Origin: Amoebidium appalachense
Taxonomy: Eukaryota; Protista; Ichthyosporea
Assembly (NCBI GenBank): GCA_963693365.1
Contig: CAVNZM010000001.1
Location: 143,844 to 207,843, forward strand
DNA length: 64,000 nt
Reading direction: 5' to 3'
Below are positions 25,711-63,289 of this stretch, piece after piece. A program made the position numbers and the translations under genes. Under the pieces are notes generated by a model. The model was given only the letters and a program-made list of their open reading frames with translations, did not search any database and was not told where the DNA came from. The stretch's first letter is position 1; each line of letters begins with the position of its first letter.

Positions 25711-26780
25711 GGGTGCACCTGCTACTAACGTCTAAAGTAATCTGGCGATACCGACCCACCTTTTCACGACATCTCAATTTATTTGAATACCAAGCCTCAC
25801 CACGTAAAGGTTGCCTAACGTTGGGAACTCCGAGGCTGGGAAATTCCGAAATCGAGCAGCTGGATGATCCTCATGGCGCACACCGGAGGCCGTGTCAATC
25901 CCTATCCCTTATAGTCGGCAACCTAAACCGCCTTATGCCACGCGGGCCGTCCGTCCCGAAGTTACTAGTCACAACATTCGCAAGGAACACGTGTCTGGCA
26001 CATAACATGATGTCCATCATCCATGTTTATCGATCAGCGCGGATTGGGCCCCTAAAAACATGCGATAGCATTTCTGATTGGCTGAGGCCGACCGATACAT
26101 TTTAAGCCAATCAGAAATTAGCCTGGTTCTTTTTTATTGGTTCACTAAAAGTTAGCCAAAAAAAGATTTCTACTTGAAAATAATAGACATGCTCAAAGAG
26201 CGTCATGTACATGATGAGATACCTCTATTACCATGCGCATGTTGAATTAGATATTCCCACCTTTTTTTATTGTTTTTATTGCCATTGATGCAACCATAAA
26301 AAAAGAGTCTGTGTATATGAGAATTATCAATGCCGAAAGTTTTGTGTCATAGCCTCGGATCACATCTCGCCCTGTTCTGAGGGCCAAGCAGGGCTTGAAC
26401 TTTACCCTGTAGTCGTCGACGTCTAGGGTCGTCTGTAGATGAACTGAAACCCATACCGTTAACCAGCACACAGAAACATGCACTGAATAAACTTTACAGG
26501 CAAGTAAACAGCGATATATATAATATTGCTGTGTAGCATTAAGTCGGCGCAAAGATTCGGCCGTAGCCTGACACCCTGCAGCTGAAGTTTCTTTGTGTTC
26601 GCCTTGGTATTGATCAAACATATCGAAGCCCGGATCTCTGGGAAGTAATTGGCTGCTTCGAAATCCGTGAACACACACAAAGCCACTCGCCGCACCCCCG
26701 CCCCTTCACACTAGCCTTGCCTTCATGCAGCACACACGTCTGTTGTGCTTGCATTCTAGTGTTCTACTTCTATAGCAAAA

Positions 26781-32861
<6,081 letters not shown>

Positions 32862-34068
32862 TTGTACATGCGTGAATTTGTATGAACCCTAGAACTGCAG
32901 GTGAAATAACTTGAAAAACCATAGCCCTGCTTAGATAACCTGGAGTTGCTACAGAATAACTCACACACTATAAGAGGAGCAAGACTGAGCTGTATGTAAA
33001 TAAGCTGATTACGTATGTAAACATGCATACAGTTTGCTGGTGTAATTAGTTACACAACACGAAATGATGCATAATATGCTAGGAGTCAGATAATAGCATG
33101 GCTGTAGGAGCCCATGTACATAGTGTGATATAGAGGCCCGTGAAGTGTTTGTGCACGCAGAGGATGTATAATTCACAAAGCGATGAACTATAACAGTGCA
33201 TAATCCCAGAAGAAAGCCGACATTTACAATAAACAATACATCTTTATTAATATCAAACACGCAGATCATCACATGCGTGTCATATACCCCACCTGAGAGT
33301 TCGCACCTACTGAAATGGGCCAGCAAACCCACACACCACACCTATCATGCACGCACAAATATGCATACACTTGACTCACTAACGTATCCACCACTGGCGG
33401 TGTTCTCACGGCAGCAGGTGTGTGAATGATCAACCTGCACACAAACTTGCTTCACACGGTACCCAACCCATATGTCTATGTGTGATATTCTGTCAGATAT
33501 CCATGTGCCGAAAGGACAATGACGATTCCCCCCCCCCCCCCCCCCCTCACTTCCCAGGGCCTCCACGGAGTCCTACTCCTACTGACACTTTTATTCTGCC
33601 AGAGTAGAAGGCTCCCCCCCCCCCCCCCCTATACGCACATAACCAACCTTCAGACTGCAGACAGACAGATGTAGAGTCTGACACGAACACCGGTCGACAA
33701 ACACAACCGCCCATTCGAATTTGCAGAAGAAACACCTGTCATCCTACACTCAGAAAACAACCGAGGAATTTTTTTTGTAGAAAGGACGGGGCACAACGTG
33801 GCTCTAGCACGTCCTGATCATGGCTGTGCCAGCTAGCGCTAGCCGTTGATAACCTAGAATTTCATCGTGTCTCCTTGAAAAATAAGAGCTACCCTGGGCA
33901 CGACCGTCGGCAAACACAAAATAGGGAAAAACCACAAAGCCGCATACTGTAAGCGAATGTACATTGTCGAGGTAACAACGGGCCTTTAAATTCTTGGGAG
34001 ACTCACAGGCACGGTTGTCGGACATTGCAACTTGACATCATCCTCGAAGTTCTCTGTGCTCACACTTG

Positions 34069-34117
<49 letters not shown>

Positions 34118-34497
34118 CCCGCCCACCCGCACGTACACGCACACGCACGTACGCGCACACGCACACGCACACGCACAGTTTCACAACACACGCACTATCT
34201 TTGATACAGGTGTAGCTATTATTAAAAAGTGCAATGTGTTTTTGCATCAAACAATCATTATCAGGGTCAAGCCTCTGACATGTTTTATTTGCTCCCGGCG
34301 TTTTCCTAAACTAACCTAACCCTCCCCCCCCTCCCCCCTCCCCCACCCACCCACCCACCCCTTTTCTCAAACCAAACACTGGCATTCGACCTAGCATGAA
34401 AAGAAGACTATGCGAGGGGTGGAGAGCAGGAGACAGGCTCCATTGTTGGAAACGAAAACTGTAAGGCCCATTCAGTTTGGGACAGAGTACGGCCCTG

Positions 34498-43550
<9,053 letters not shown>

Positions 43551-44039
43551 GGCAAAAGGGAGCACAAGCCTAAGGTATATATTAAGAATTAGTGTGACAA
43601 AGTTCTTCCTGAAGGTCACACAACTGAGTATTTGATCCAAGAGAAGAGGCCCAGACCCCCGAGGTGGCGCCGGCCCCCGGCGCCGGCCGCGGGCTGCCTT
43701 CATCGAAGCTTCGGAACACCCGAGGCGCGATTGCGTAATCATTCGATTGTCATTTTTGGCGCCAAATTTGAAACATGCACAGAACAAGCCTCTGTGTCTA
43801 GACCTCTCAGTAAAAGCTCTCAGACTACATGTGCACTGTACTGTCAGTGGGATATGTAAACGAGCAGTAATTAAACGAGCAGCATGCCACAACGGTGATG
43901 CACGCACGCAAAAGGGCACCACAAAGAAACCCAGGAACGGCAGTGACACTTTTTGTGTAAGAGCTAAAACGCACGCACATGCTTAGGTACACGCACGCCT
44001 GCAAACACGCTTGACACTCTTGTGTTCCTACAGCACACG

Positions 44040-44149
<110 letters not shown>

Positions 44150-44299
44150 TCATACATTCACGCACACACACACAAACATACTAGCTGACCCATTCTTTCA
44201 CACTCACACATGCACACTTCTACACAGGCACTTGCACAAATGTACACAGGCACATGAACATATACACACGTACACACGCACATTGAGAGGCGTGGCAAC

Positions 44300-54504
<10,205 letters not shown>

Positions 54505-56780
54505 CGTTGGTGATGTGCTAACTCGATGTGCTAACTCGATAATTAATTTCAATCACATTGCGGTTGTCATCTTTAGTTTTCTCAAGAAACCGCCACATTG
54601 AATGCCTAATAATTTGAAGTTGAGATATTTGTGTTATTGAATGTACTAATATGATGCGACAGCGACAGGCTGATTCTGAACTGTATTTCGATTAGTTTGA
54701 GTAGAAAGTGCCTAAGTATGTATGACTGTAAAGGAGGAATAAAAATGTCATAAACACATGTATGTCAAAGCAGCACGAGCTAGTTATCCCCCTGTACTGT
54801 ACATGTGTGCAATTGGAACTACTAGGTCATGTAGTTGAGTGTGTTCCTGATCAGAGGACCTGCATGCTAATTTAGTTGCACGCATGCACGAAGAATTTAG
54901 AAGTGAATATGATCGCCCCCGGGCCTAGCACAGTGAGAACGCCAACATACACACGCTATATCTCGCTCCTATATAGATTCGTTTATTCATTATGTTGTGT
55001 CGTATAAATATGCAAAGATGATTATGTCTTGGCGTTGTAATCGGTTGTTGTGTCTCCTGCTCGTATGTGTAATATGTGTGGGGGGCGGTTTACTCGCGGA
55101 TGCATATCTATCAATAAGTGTGACCTGTTAGCTAATGTGGTAGAACCGGAGGTTATGGGCGGCTTTATTCTCTTTTCTCCTTCTCTCCCCCAGTATATCC
55201 GTTATAAAATGACCGTGTTAGATCACCTTATTAAAGCTGCACAGTATTATATTGTGATACGGTGTCTTAACTTTCTCTCGGAGCTACCAATGCTAGATTC
55301 TGCTTATCCATAATCTATAGCCTACTAGGGTTGTTTTATTGCCATGGCATAGAGTGTACATAAGTCACTAGCTGCATTTATTTGATTGGCTGCGCTGGAA
55401 AACGCAGTAGGCCGTCAAGTGAGGCTGGGCCCCTGACGATGTCTGCAGCAATACAAAGTGCATAAACCCCCATACATACATGCACACCTACATACGAAGG
55501 AATATTACTAGACTCTGATTTTCGAAACCCAAGATTCTAAGGGCTGCCAAGCCTGTGGACAAAAAGAACATAACCGGGGGACTCCGAGAAGGGGGGGGGG
55601 GGGGAGGGGGGGGGGCGGATTCGCCTGAGAAATCATTTGCGGCCGACTTAAAAGTATTCGGCGGTTCCCGGATCCCACATGTACAGGCATGCATCAAGGT
55701 ACTTTCACTTCGACCTGTTGTTGCCGCACTTGGGCTCCGTGAGACCACACGCCCCCAAGTTCGAAAATCTACTACTATGTGACTACATAGTACTAATTGC
55801 AAACAGATCAATCGTGTATGGATATCACGTGCACCACTGAACACATGTCACCGAACTAATATCATATCATTTTACATGTACGTGCCCATGATTCCCATGC
55901 ATGGTGCCGTGACTTCTTTTTCCATGCACACGTCGGCAGTGAAGGTCTTTTGTAGAGCCCGATGGGAAGAGAGTGCGGCCATGGGTGCACACGTACATAC
56001 TGTACATGTGCCACAGTGTGCATACACCAATGTGTACAAGATAGTATATTACTCGATCCGTCGTTTCATATATAAAATTTGGGCACTGCTTGAACTCACT
56101 GATTCAATGAGGCGAGGCATCGGATGTTCTGGATGCATATGTAGACCTCAGAGCCAGTGTCGTAGGGGAGAAGCAGGCCACATTCGGTTTACACATGCGC
56201 AGATATCCAAAGGTGGCCCTCTGGTGCTGTGACAGTTCACTTCTGTCCGATCGCGACTGCAGGTGTCATTTCCAATGGCGTCATCGGAATTCAACAAACT
56301 ACCATATTTAGAAATGCAATAACCAAATCGAGGACACTGTTACGTAATCGTGTACCTTAAACACAACCGTTGGTTACCCCTTCACTGTGACCGTAACGAA
56401 GCTTTTATTTTCAGGAACGCTTCTTGGAATCACGCCATGCATATTCCTACTTTTTTTTTTAGTTTTATAAAAAATTCCCATGACTACAGCACAGTAGCCC
56501 AAGACAGAAAGATCGTTTCAAGGCATCAATGGGTACGATGTATACTGTAGTCAACTTTGGGCATCAAGCTGAAAAATACCCGCCAGCTGCCGGGGTGCTC
56601 AGCGAACAGCATGCGCATCAACATTAATGATGGCCGTGGCAGCTTCCCGTGGCACTGTCCTGAGGTACCGTACAGTATGCGTCCACGCATAACATACCGC
56701 CCCGACAAGGGTCGAGGTCGTTATGTTAAATTTTAATTAGTATCTAAAAATAGGCTCCCAGAGCCCGTCTCGATTATGTT

Positions 56781-56816
<36 letters not shown>

Positions 56817-57088
56817 CCCCCCGCCCGCCCGTCCTCCCGCCCCGCCCAGGAGGCCACACTGGGCCTCTCCATCGGGCGGGGAATCCGCAAACCGCTAAAT
56901 GACATAAATATAGTAGTAAACAAATAATAAATTGATCAAATGAATGAATAAACAAAGAATACTTATACTAGTTCCTTTTTGAGATGGTGAAAAAAAAAGG
57001 GAAATTCGGAAAAGAAAAAAAAAAACTTTGGAAAAAAAAAAAAAAAAAAGAAGCTGAAAGCGTGAAAGCCTATGTGTGTGTGTGTGTG

Positions 57089-57243
<155 letters not shown>

Positions 57244-57423
57244 AAATCTAGATCAATACTTGAAAGTCTAGCATTTAGTACATCAAGTCCCCCCCCCCCC
57301 ACCCCCCCCCTCCCCTCCTCCCCAACCTGCTAAATAAGTAAATATAGAGGAAATCAATAAGTAATTGATTCAAATAATAATAAAAACATACTAATTTTTT
57401 TCAAGGGGACCAAACCAAAAAAG

Positions 57424-57463
<40 letters not shown>

Positions 57464-57486
57464 CAACTCATACAAACAAGGACGTA

Positions 57487-57918
57487 CTAGTCTAGTCTTT
57501 CTGCTCCCTCACACCTTACTCTCACACCACGAATTTGGCACCACACACCTACACGAGTAAGAGGCAACCCCTCCCCCTTCGCCTCATACAAATCCGTATT
57601 AAGGGTTTCATCAAGCTCCAAACCATTACCGTAACTCACACGGAAAAGACTCAGCGATTCCGCGCGTGTGGGGGCTCTGCGGCTCTCTAAACTCTCCATG
57701 TGCGAGCGCAATTGTGCTTTTGCCGTTTCGGCTTGTGCAATTGCACGTGTGGTTGCGTTGTTGATTGTGTTGTTTGCGTTTACAAAACCCTCAGAAATGA
57801 TTGCTTGGGCTTCTTGGGTAGTTTCCTGAAACTTGTCTGTGGCCTCATTTACTGTGTGCAGTGCACTATTCAACGCCCCAAGTGCAGCTGCCTGCACCTG
57901 GACTACTGGCTTGGTCAT
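57487..57918 (-). CDS. Hypothetical protein or first exon; Ala/Gln/Thr-rich helical N-terminus
   Basis: 143-codon ATG-initiated ORF of non-repetitive, protein-like composition. No motif recognised and no downstream exons found. Confidence 0.45.
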   Translation of the reverse strand: MTKPVVQVQAAALGALNSALHTVNEATDKFQETTQEAQAIISEGFVNANNTINNATTRAIAQAETAKAQLRSHMESLESRRAPTRAESLSLFRVSYGNGLELDETLNTDLYEAKGEGLPLTRVGVWCQIRGVRVRCEGAERLD

Positions 57919-58699
57919 GATCGGTGGGTTTAATATGCATTCAACCTGCCTATATGACTAGGATGTAAAAACTAGCTATACAAGACTGCTTCGAACTAGT
58001 TGGGGCCTTCGTATGTTTCTGCTCGTTTATCGACATAGTCGGCCACATCCATACCATGCGATGTGCGGCCGTCGCCTATCATTGGCCCTGCCGAGCTTTG
58101 GGCGGTCGTTGAAATCACGGCGAACCACTGTTTTGTCTGGGAAAGAGATCGAAATACTAAAGATAGGGGGTCTAAACTGACCAGATAAACCCGATAATTC
58201 GTCCTACAGGAGGTTGCTTCCGATTTCTGGGGTATCTCACATTTCTGTGCAAAATGACGATTATTACTGAATATTTATGGTTCTGAATAAAGGTGTGAAA
58301 CAGTATATCTGCTAGAGTGTGCAACTAGATTTCCGGCATGTTTGGGCATTAGTGTTTTGGTTTTATTTGTGGAAATTATTGACATAAATATGTTTCTGGG
58401 TAAACACGTAGGATGGGTGTTCGATACCAACATAGCCATGTAGGCTTCATTTCGTGTTTTAGTAGTTAGCGGTTGGCTGCCCGCACAGTCACGGGCACCT
58501 ATTAGTGTCATCTTCACTTAATTCTCAGCAAGACTTAGAAGTTATGTATAACGGTATTTGGACAGTTATCTCTCTCGATTGTTATATACATTTATAAGCA
58601 ATTGATTTATTTTAGTTATATAAAATCCATGGTCATTTTCGCCTTTTAACAGTATTAGTAATTATATTGAATACTGTATATTAATTTTCTAATTATAAA

Positions 58700-58985
58700 T
58701 TTTAAGATCTAATGATGATTATCAGTTAGTTCCGAGGAGGTGTTCCTTGGATTATTTAATAAAGAATTTTATTAGCAGAAGGAATGATTTTTTAGTGTAT
58801 CAGAAGCTTTGCTATTATTAGCATTCTTCTAATTTTACTTCCATAGCAGCTTTTCACCTTCTATTGATTTAGGATTTCGTATCTCGAATTACTATATTCT
58901 ATTGAAATTGATGTATTAAAATTAAATACCTCTTTTAAATACTGCTATTCTTAACTCCATCTTCACTTCTATTATTGTCCTGGGT
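58700..58985 (+). pseudogene. cox3: Decayed mitochondrial cox3 fragment (NUMT)
   Basis: Reading TGA as Trp: WWLSVSSEEVFLG.., GMI..VSEALLLLAFF*FYFHSSFSPSIDLG, IPLLNTAIL. These match the Cox3 consensus WWRDVxRExTFLG/GMILFIxSExxxFxxFFWxFFHSSLxPSIELG/PLLNTxIL. Frameshifts and stops present. Confidence 0.85.
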
Positions 58986-58989
58986 CTTA

Positions 58990-59280
58990 GTAAAATAAGG
59001 TGTGGCAATTGGGATAACACAACTAGTTCATTATTAATTTTTCTATATGCTGAGATAACCTATAAATTTAAGAACTCTTTAACAGAGATAATCTTAAATA
59101 TACAACAGCTCTTAACATAGAGAGAGCCCTCTATATAGAGAACTCTTTATACAGAAAGCAAATCAATCAGCAGGAAACCCAATCTTACATGTGTAACAAA
59201 GTTGGACCCTCCGAGACTATACACAAACTAAAACGTTTCATTACGCAATAGAATCGTATTTAAGAGATAGTCCGCTTTAA
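58990..59280 (+). other. Decayed mitochondrial-type group I intron, copy 1
   Basis: Core elements in order: P CTATATGCTG (59043), Q AATCAGCAGG (59165), R CCGAGACTATAC (59211), S AAGAGATAGTCC (59262). Confidence 0.8.
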
Positions 59281-59439
59281 AATGGGAAAATAGCTCAAAG
59301 ATTTTAGATCTTACTAGTATGTACACAAAGCTACTTCCTGAAGTCTATTTATTTAACAGTATAAAAAGTAAGCTTTTTTATGACGTACGATGAGTAGGTT
59401 GTGGGATGAGCTTTATTGAATAGGAGAAATATCTTGATT

Positions 59440-59900
59440 TATTTATTGAATTAGGATTTAGTGTCTCGAGTTATTACATCCAGATTTTTTTCATTCAATT
59501 GAGGTATTAAGGCTATTAAATATCTCTTTTAATTCCATTTTTTTATTAGTGTCCTTGATACTAGCCGAATAAGGTGTAAAAATGGGCGATTAACACTAAT
59601 GATCCACCATAAACTTCGCTACATACTGAACGCACCTAAATTTAAGTACTCCCTGAGAGTGACAATCTTAAATATATATATAATAGCTCTTTACACAAAG
59701 AACAGGCTGACCAGTAGGAAATCAAATTTTATATGTGAGATAATTAAATCTTACATGTGATATAATTAAATCTTTAAATTTAAATTACTTGTAGGATCCT
59801 TAGAGACTATACGTGGAGCTTCTGTTCCTTCTTATGTAATTTAGTATGAAAATAACAATATATAAATTAAGCATTAAAAAGATATATCGTATCAACTAGG
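59440..59900 (+). pseudogene. Second, diverged copy of the cox3 exon end plus group I intron
   Basis: ATTGAATTAGGATTT..AATAAGGTGT parallels 58862-59003. P-like CTACATACTG (59619), Q-like GACCAGTAGG (59709), R TAGAGACTATAC (59801). Confidence 0.7.
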
Positions 59901-60009
59901 ATAATCGGCAGTAAAATTTTATACAAGATTGTTATATATTAATGAGTAAAATAATCTTGGAGAACAAGTACATACTTCTTTTTCATCTACCTTATTATTA
60001 ATTGCATTT

Positions 60010-60390
60010 ATAGTAGTTCAGAACTTAATAAGACTGATCTTTTATGGTTTAGTGCTACAGCTCTCATTAGTGTTACTTTAGCCTTATCATTTGGAATTTG
60101 ATTGGAAGTTACTTTATATGGATTCATTCCACGATGAGCTCCAACGACTCGAGTTTCTTTTTACGCTTAATCGAGTTAATAAGTTATTCAGTTAGAGCAC
60201 CCTCATTAGATGTTAGTCTTGCTGCCACTCTTTTAGCACGTTATTTTACTTGGGTTTACTTTAATACCGGTATTAGCTAAAGGAGTCTTATCTTTAATTA
60301 TTATCTATATTATTTATCTTTACTAGGTCAGAATTTAAATTAGCGGTTGCTGTTACTCAAGTTTATGCTTTTATACTATTTATTTTTATT
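60010..60390 (+). pseudogene. atp6: Decayed mitochondrial atp6 fragment (NUMT)
   Basis: NLIRLIFYG.SATALISVTLALSFGIWL, LIELISYSVRAPSLDVSLAATLLA (consensus IELISYxxRxxSLGVRLAANxxAG), LAVAVTQVYAFILF. Confidence 0.85.
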
Positions 60391-60699
60391 TAATATCTTT
60401 TATCTTGAGAGTGGTCCCATGGTTATCGTAGGTTTCCTAATTTTCAAATATCAATTATTGGAGTTGTGAGATCTTGATTTATCTTATTATTATCGCGGGC
60501 ATTGTAAATTTAAAGGGCTAATTGTTTGAGTTGTAAGATTTTAACAAGGCTCATGGTCCGGTTTTGTTAAACTCTGAGAACTTATCAAAGCGAATGCTAA
60601 TAACTACTAACTTATTAAAGTTAATTTATGTGTCATTATTAATGGTGTTGATATATTTATGTACGTATACTCCATTAGTGAGTCGAAACTTGTGAATTT

Positions 60700-61420
60700 T
60701 ATTCCAGGATCCAACAAAGGTAATTTAAATGGTATTACTCCAAGAGATTTAAAGTTATTAATTAGAACTATTGGGTTTATAATTTTACGTTTCACGTCTA
60801 CACGTAAGGTATAAAAACTAGACTCCTAGGTGTTTTGTTTCTTAGAGATAAGATTATTCAAAAATAATGAAACTTATGTTTAAACCTCTATTTAAGCTTG
60901 GATTTTTATCCCAGCTTCATAGTTTTTGCCCCCAGGAGAAACTATTATACTGTGTTGAAAAGCTAATTCGGTGTACACTAAATTAATTAGAGCAATTATT
61001 CAGATTGATTTTAAAAATGTTAAGCGTACCCCCCCCCCAAGAACTGAAATATATACCAAAGATAGCACAAGTAATTTAGCTACTCACCCCAACTTTTAAA
61101 GGATGCAATTTGTAATACATGCAGATGCCCTTTTTATTAATATCATAGATTCTAAAGACGATACTTTAGCTATTAGAGAAGCTTTTAAACTAGTTTGGCT
61201 AAAGATTTTTAAGCTTACATTATCAGATGAGAAGACTCTTAATATCTCTACTAGGAATTAAATAACGATGGTCCTTAAAGCTAGAGTAAAATTATACCAT
61301 ATAAGAAGCGAAATATCCAAGCAGTCTACATTAAGAGAAAATGTGAAGTAACAAGTTTAACAAAATACCCATAACTGTAGGCTCCCATTATCAAGCTCGT
61401 GGTGAAATTTCTGGAGAAGG
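60700..61420 (+). pseudogene. Decayed group II intron reverse transcriptase/maturase (organellar type)
   Basis: Remnant motifs in order: PGSNKGNLNGI, KTRLLGVLFLRDKIIQ (RPLGIPxxRDKIVQ), LHSFCP (SHGFRP), RMQFVIHADALFINIIDSKDD..LTLSDEKT (YVRYADDFLIGIIGSK..LELSxEKT), APIIKLVVKF (domain X). Many stops and frameshifts. Confidence 0.8.
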
Positions 61421-61880
61421 AGTCTTATTTTCGTAGGAAAGGTCCAAACTCGCTTAAGAAAGATCTTGCGCACCTAGGGAAAATTCTGCATACTTAGGAA
61501 AAGTCATGCGCATTTAAGAAAGGTCCAACTTTAGTAGGAAGAGTCCAACTAGCTTAAGAGAGATCATGTGCACTTAAGAAAGATTCTGCACATTTAGTAA
61601 AGATCATATGCACTTAAGAAAGGTTTTGCGCCCCTAGGAGAGATTCTGCGCACTTAGGAAAGGTCCAACGTTTGTAGGAAGAGTTCAACTAGCCTAGGGA
61701 AAAATACTGCACACTTAGGAGAGATTCTGTGCACTTAGGAGAGTTCTACCTTTAGTAGTAAGGGTCCAACTTTCGTAGGAAGGGTCCAACTAGCTTAGGA
61801 GAAATCCTGCGCACTTAAGAAAGATTCTGCGCATTTAGGAAAGATCCAACTTTCGTAGGAAGGGTCCAACTAACTTAGGT
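61420..61880. repeat. 20-bp minisatellite, about 23 units in three subfamilies
   Basis: A AGGGTCCAACTTTCGTAGGA, B AGGGTCCAACTAGCTTAGGA, C AAGATTCTGCGCACTTAGGA. Confidence 0.9.
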
Positions 61881-61984
61881 GAAAAGCATTACACACAGGT
61901 ACACAGTACCAAGCTAGTTTAAGTTAACAAGCTTTCATCTCGTAGCATAAATACTATCTATTAAATTACAAAACAGCATTATGA

Positions 61985-62755
61985 GTCCCAACGAGTTGCG
62001 AGGACTAATACGAGCTTGTCGTCGTATAATGACAAAAGCATAAGACTCTTCTCTTAGCAAGAAAGTTCTACTGAGACCTAACACAAGAAGGTCATACCAA
62101 GGCATGATGACCAACCCAATAGGTTCGCATCAACGATTAACCCAATACGTTCGCACCAACGAGCAACCCAATACGTTCACACCAACGACCAATCCAATAC
62201 GTTCTATGAAGAGAGAGCTCACCATAAGACATCTGCGAGTTGCGAGTTCATGACGAGTTGTGAGTTTATGACGAATTTATAATCCGGAGATTACCAAAAC
62301 CATAAGAGAGTCTATTAGCGATAAGGCTCAAGAGAGGTTCTTGAGATCCTCATATTCGAAAAGCCTAAGAATGTTTCTTAGTGAGAAGGCTCTTTAGAGA
62401 CTCTTATAATCACAAGATTATCAATTCACCTGGGATGAGTAGAAGAACTTGCGAATTGCGAGTCCTAGACGAGCTTGTCGTCGTATGATGATAAGAGCAT
62501 AAAACTTTTCTTTTAGCGAGAAGGCTCTTTAGAAACTCTTGTAATACAGGAATTCAAAAGCATAAGAAAGATTCTTAGCGAGAAGGCTCTTCAGAGACTC
62601 TCGTGCTGTTAAAGTAAAAATAACTTTACTAGTACTAAACGATTTGTAAGTGCTCAACTAGTTGTTAGTACTAGACGAGTTACAAGTTCGTACTAGAGTC
62701 TTGTAATACGAGCTTGTCGTCGTATGATGACAAGAGCATAAGACTTTTCTAGCCC
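61985..62755. repeat. Patchwork of short direct repeats
   Basis: CGAGCTTGTCGTCGTATGATGACAAGAGCATAAGACT near 62011, 62470 and 62709. TTAGCGAGAAGGCTCTT-like near 62315, 62378, 62512 and 62575. A 26-bp tandem (CCAACCCAATACGTTCGCACCAACGA) ~3.6 times at 62111-62205. Confidence 0.85.
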
Positions 62756-63289
62756 CTTACCTTTCATAACATCAAACCTTTAATCCCTCGTCTATGCTAG
62801 CATTTTATCTTTCATAACATCTTATTACTATCAATACTCTAATCCTCCGTTAAACATTCTTCAATCAACTAATTCTCTTCCTCTGTTAATCCTCATTGAT
62901 TTATTAATTATACTCCTCCGTCTATCTTCATCGAGTCCTAATCCTCCGTTTATTGTTCCTCGATCTACTAGTCCTCTTCTTCTGTTCTGTAAATCATTAT
63001 CGATTACTACTTATCCGTAAATATTCCTCAATCAACTAGTTCTCTTTATACACCAATGTGCACTTTTGAGATTTTGTATATATTTTAAAGTCTATAATAA
63101 AAGAAAAATTTTAGAAGCTTAAGTAAATACTTACAGGGTTCTTGTATAAATTTACCTAATTTTCAGGATAGGACTAGTATCTTTCTTACCAATTTTAGTC
63201 CTATTATTAACCATATTATATGGAGATTTTAATAGATTAGACCCCTAAATATTTACATAGAATTAGGTATTATATTTTTACGTGGAAAA

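Noticed and set aside
56140-56670. Possible plus-strand exons (e.g. STLGIKLKNTRQLPG..WHCPE)
   Set aside because: No consistent multi-exon frame or homology could be built.
60410-60520. cox2 5' fragment as an annotated feature
   Set aside because: Only weak similarity (PW..EILIYLIIIAGIV); too decayed to call.
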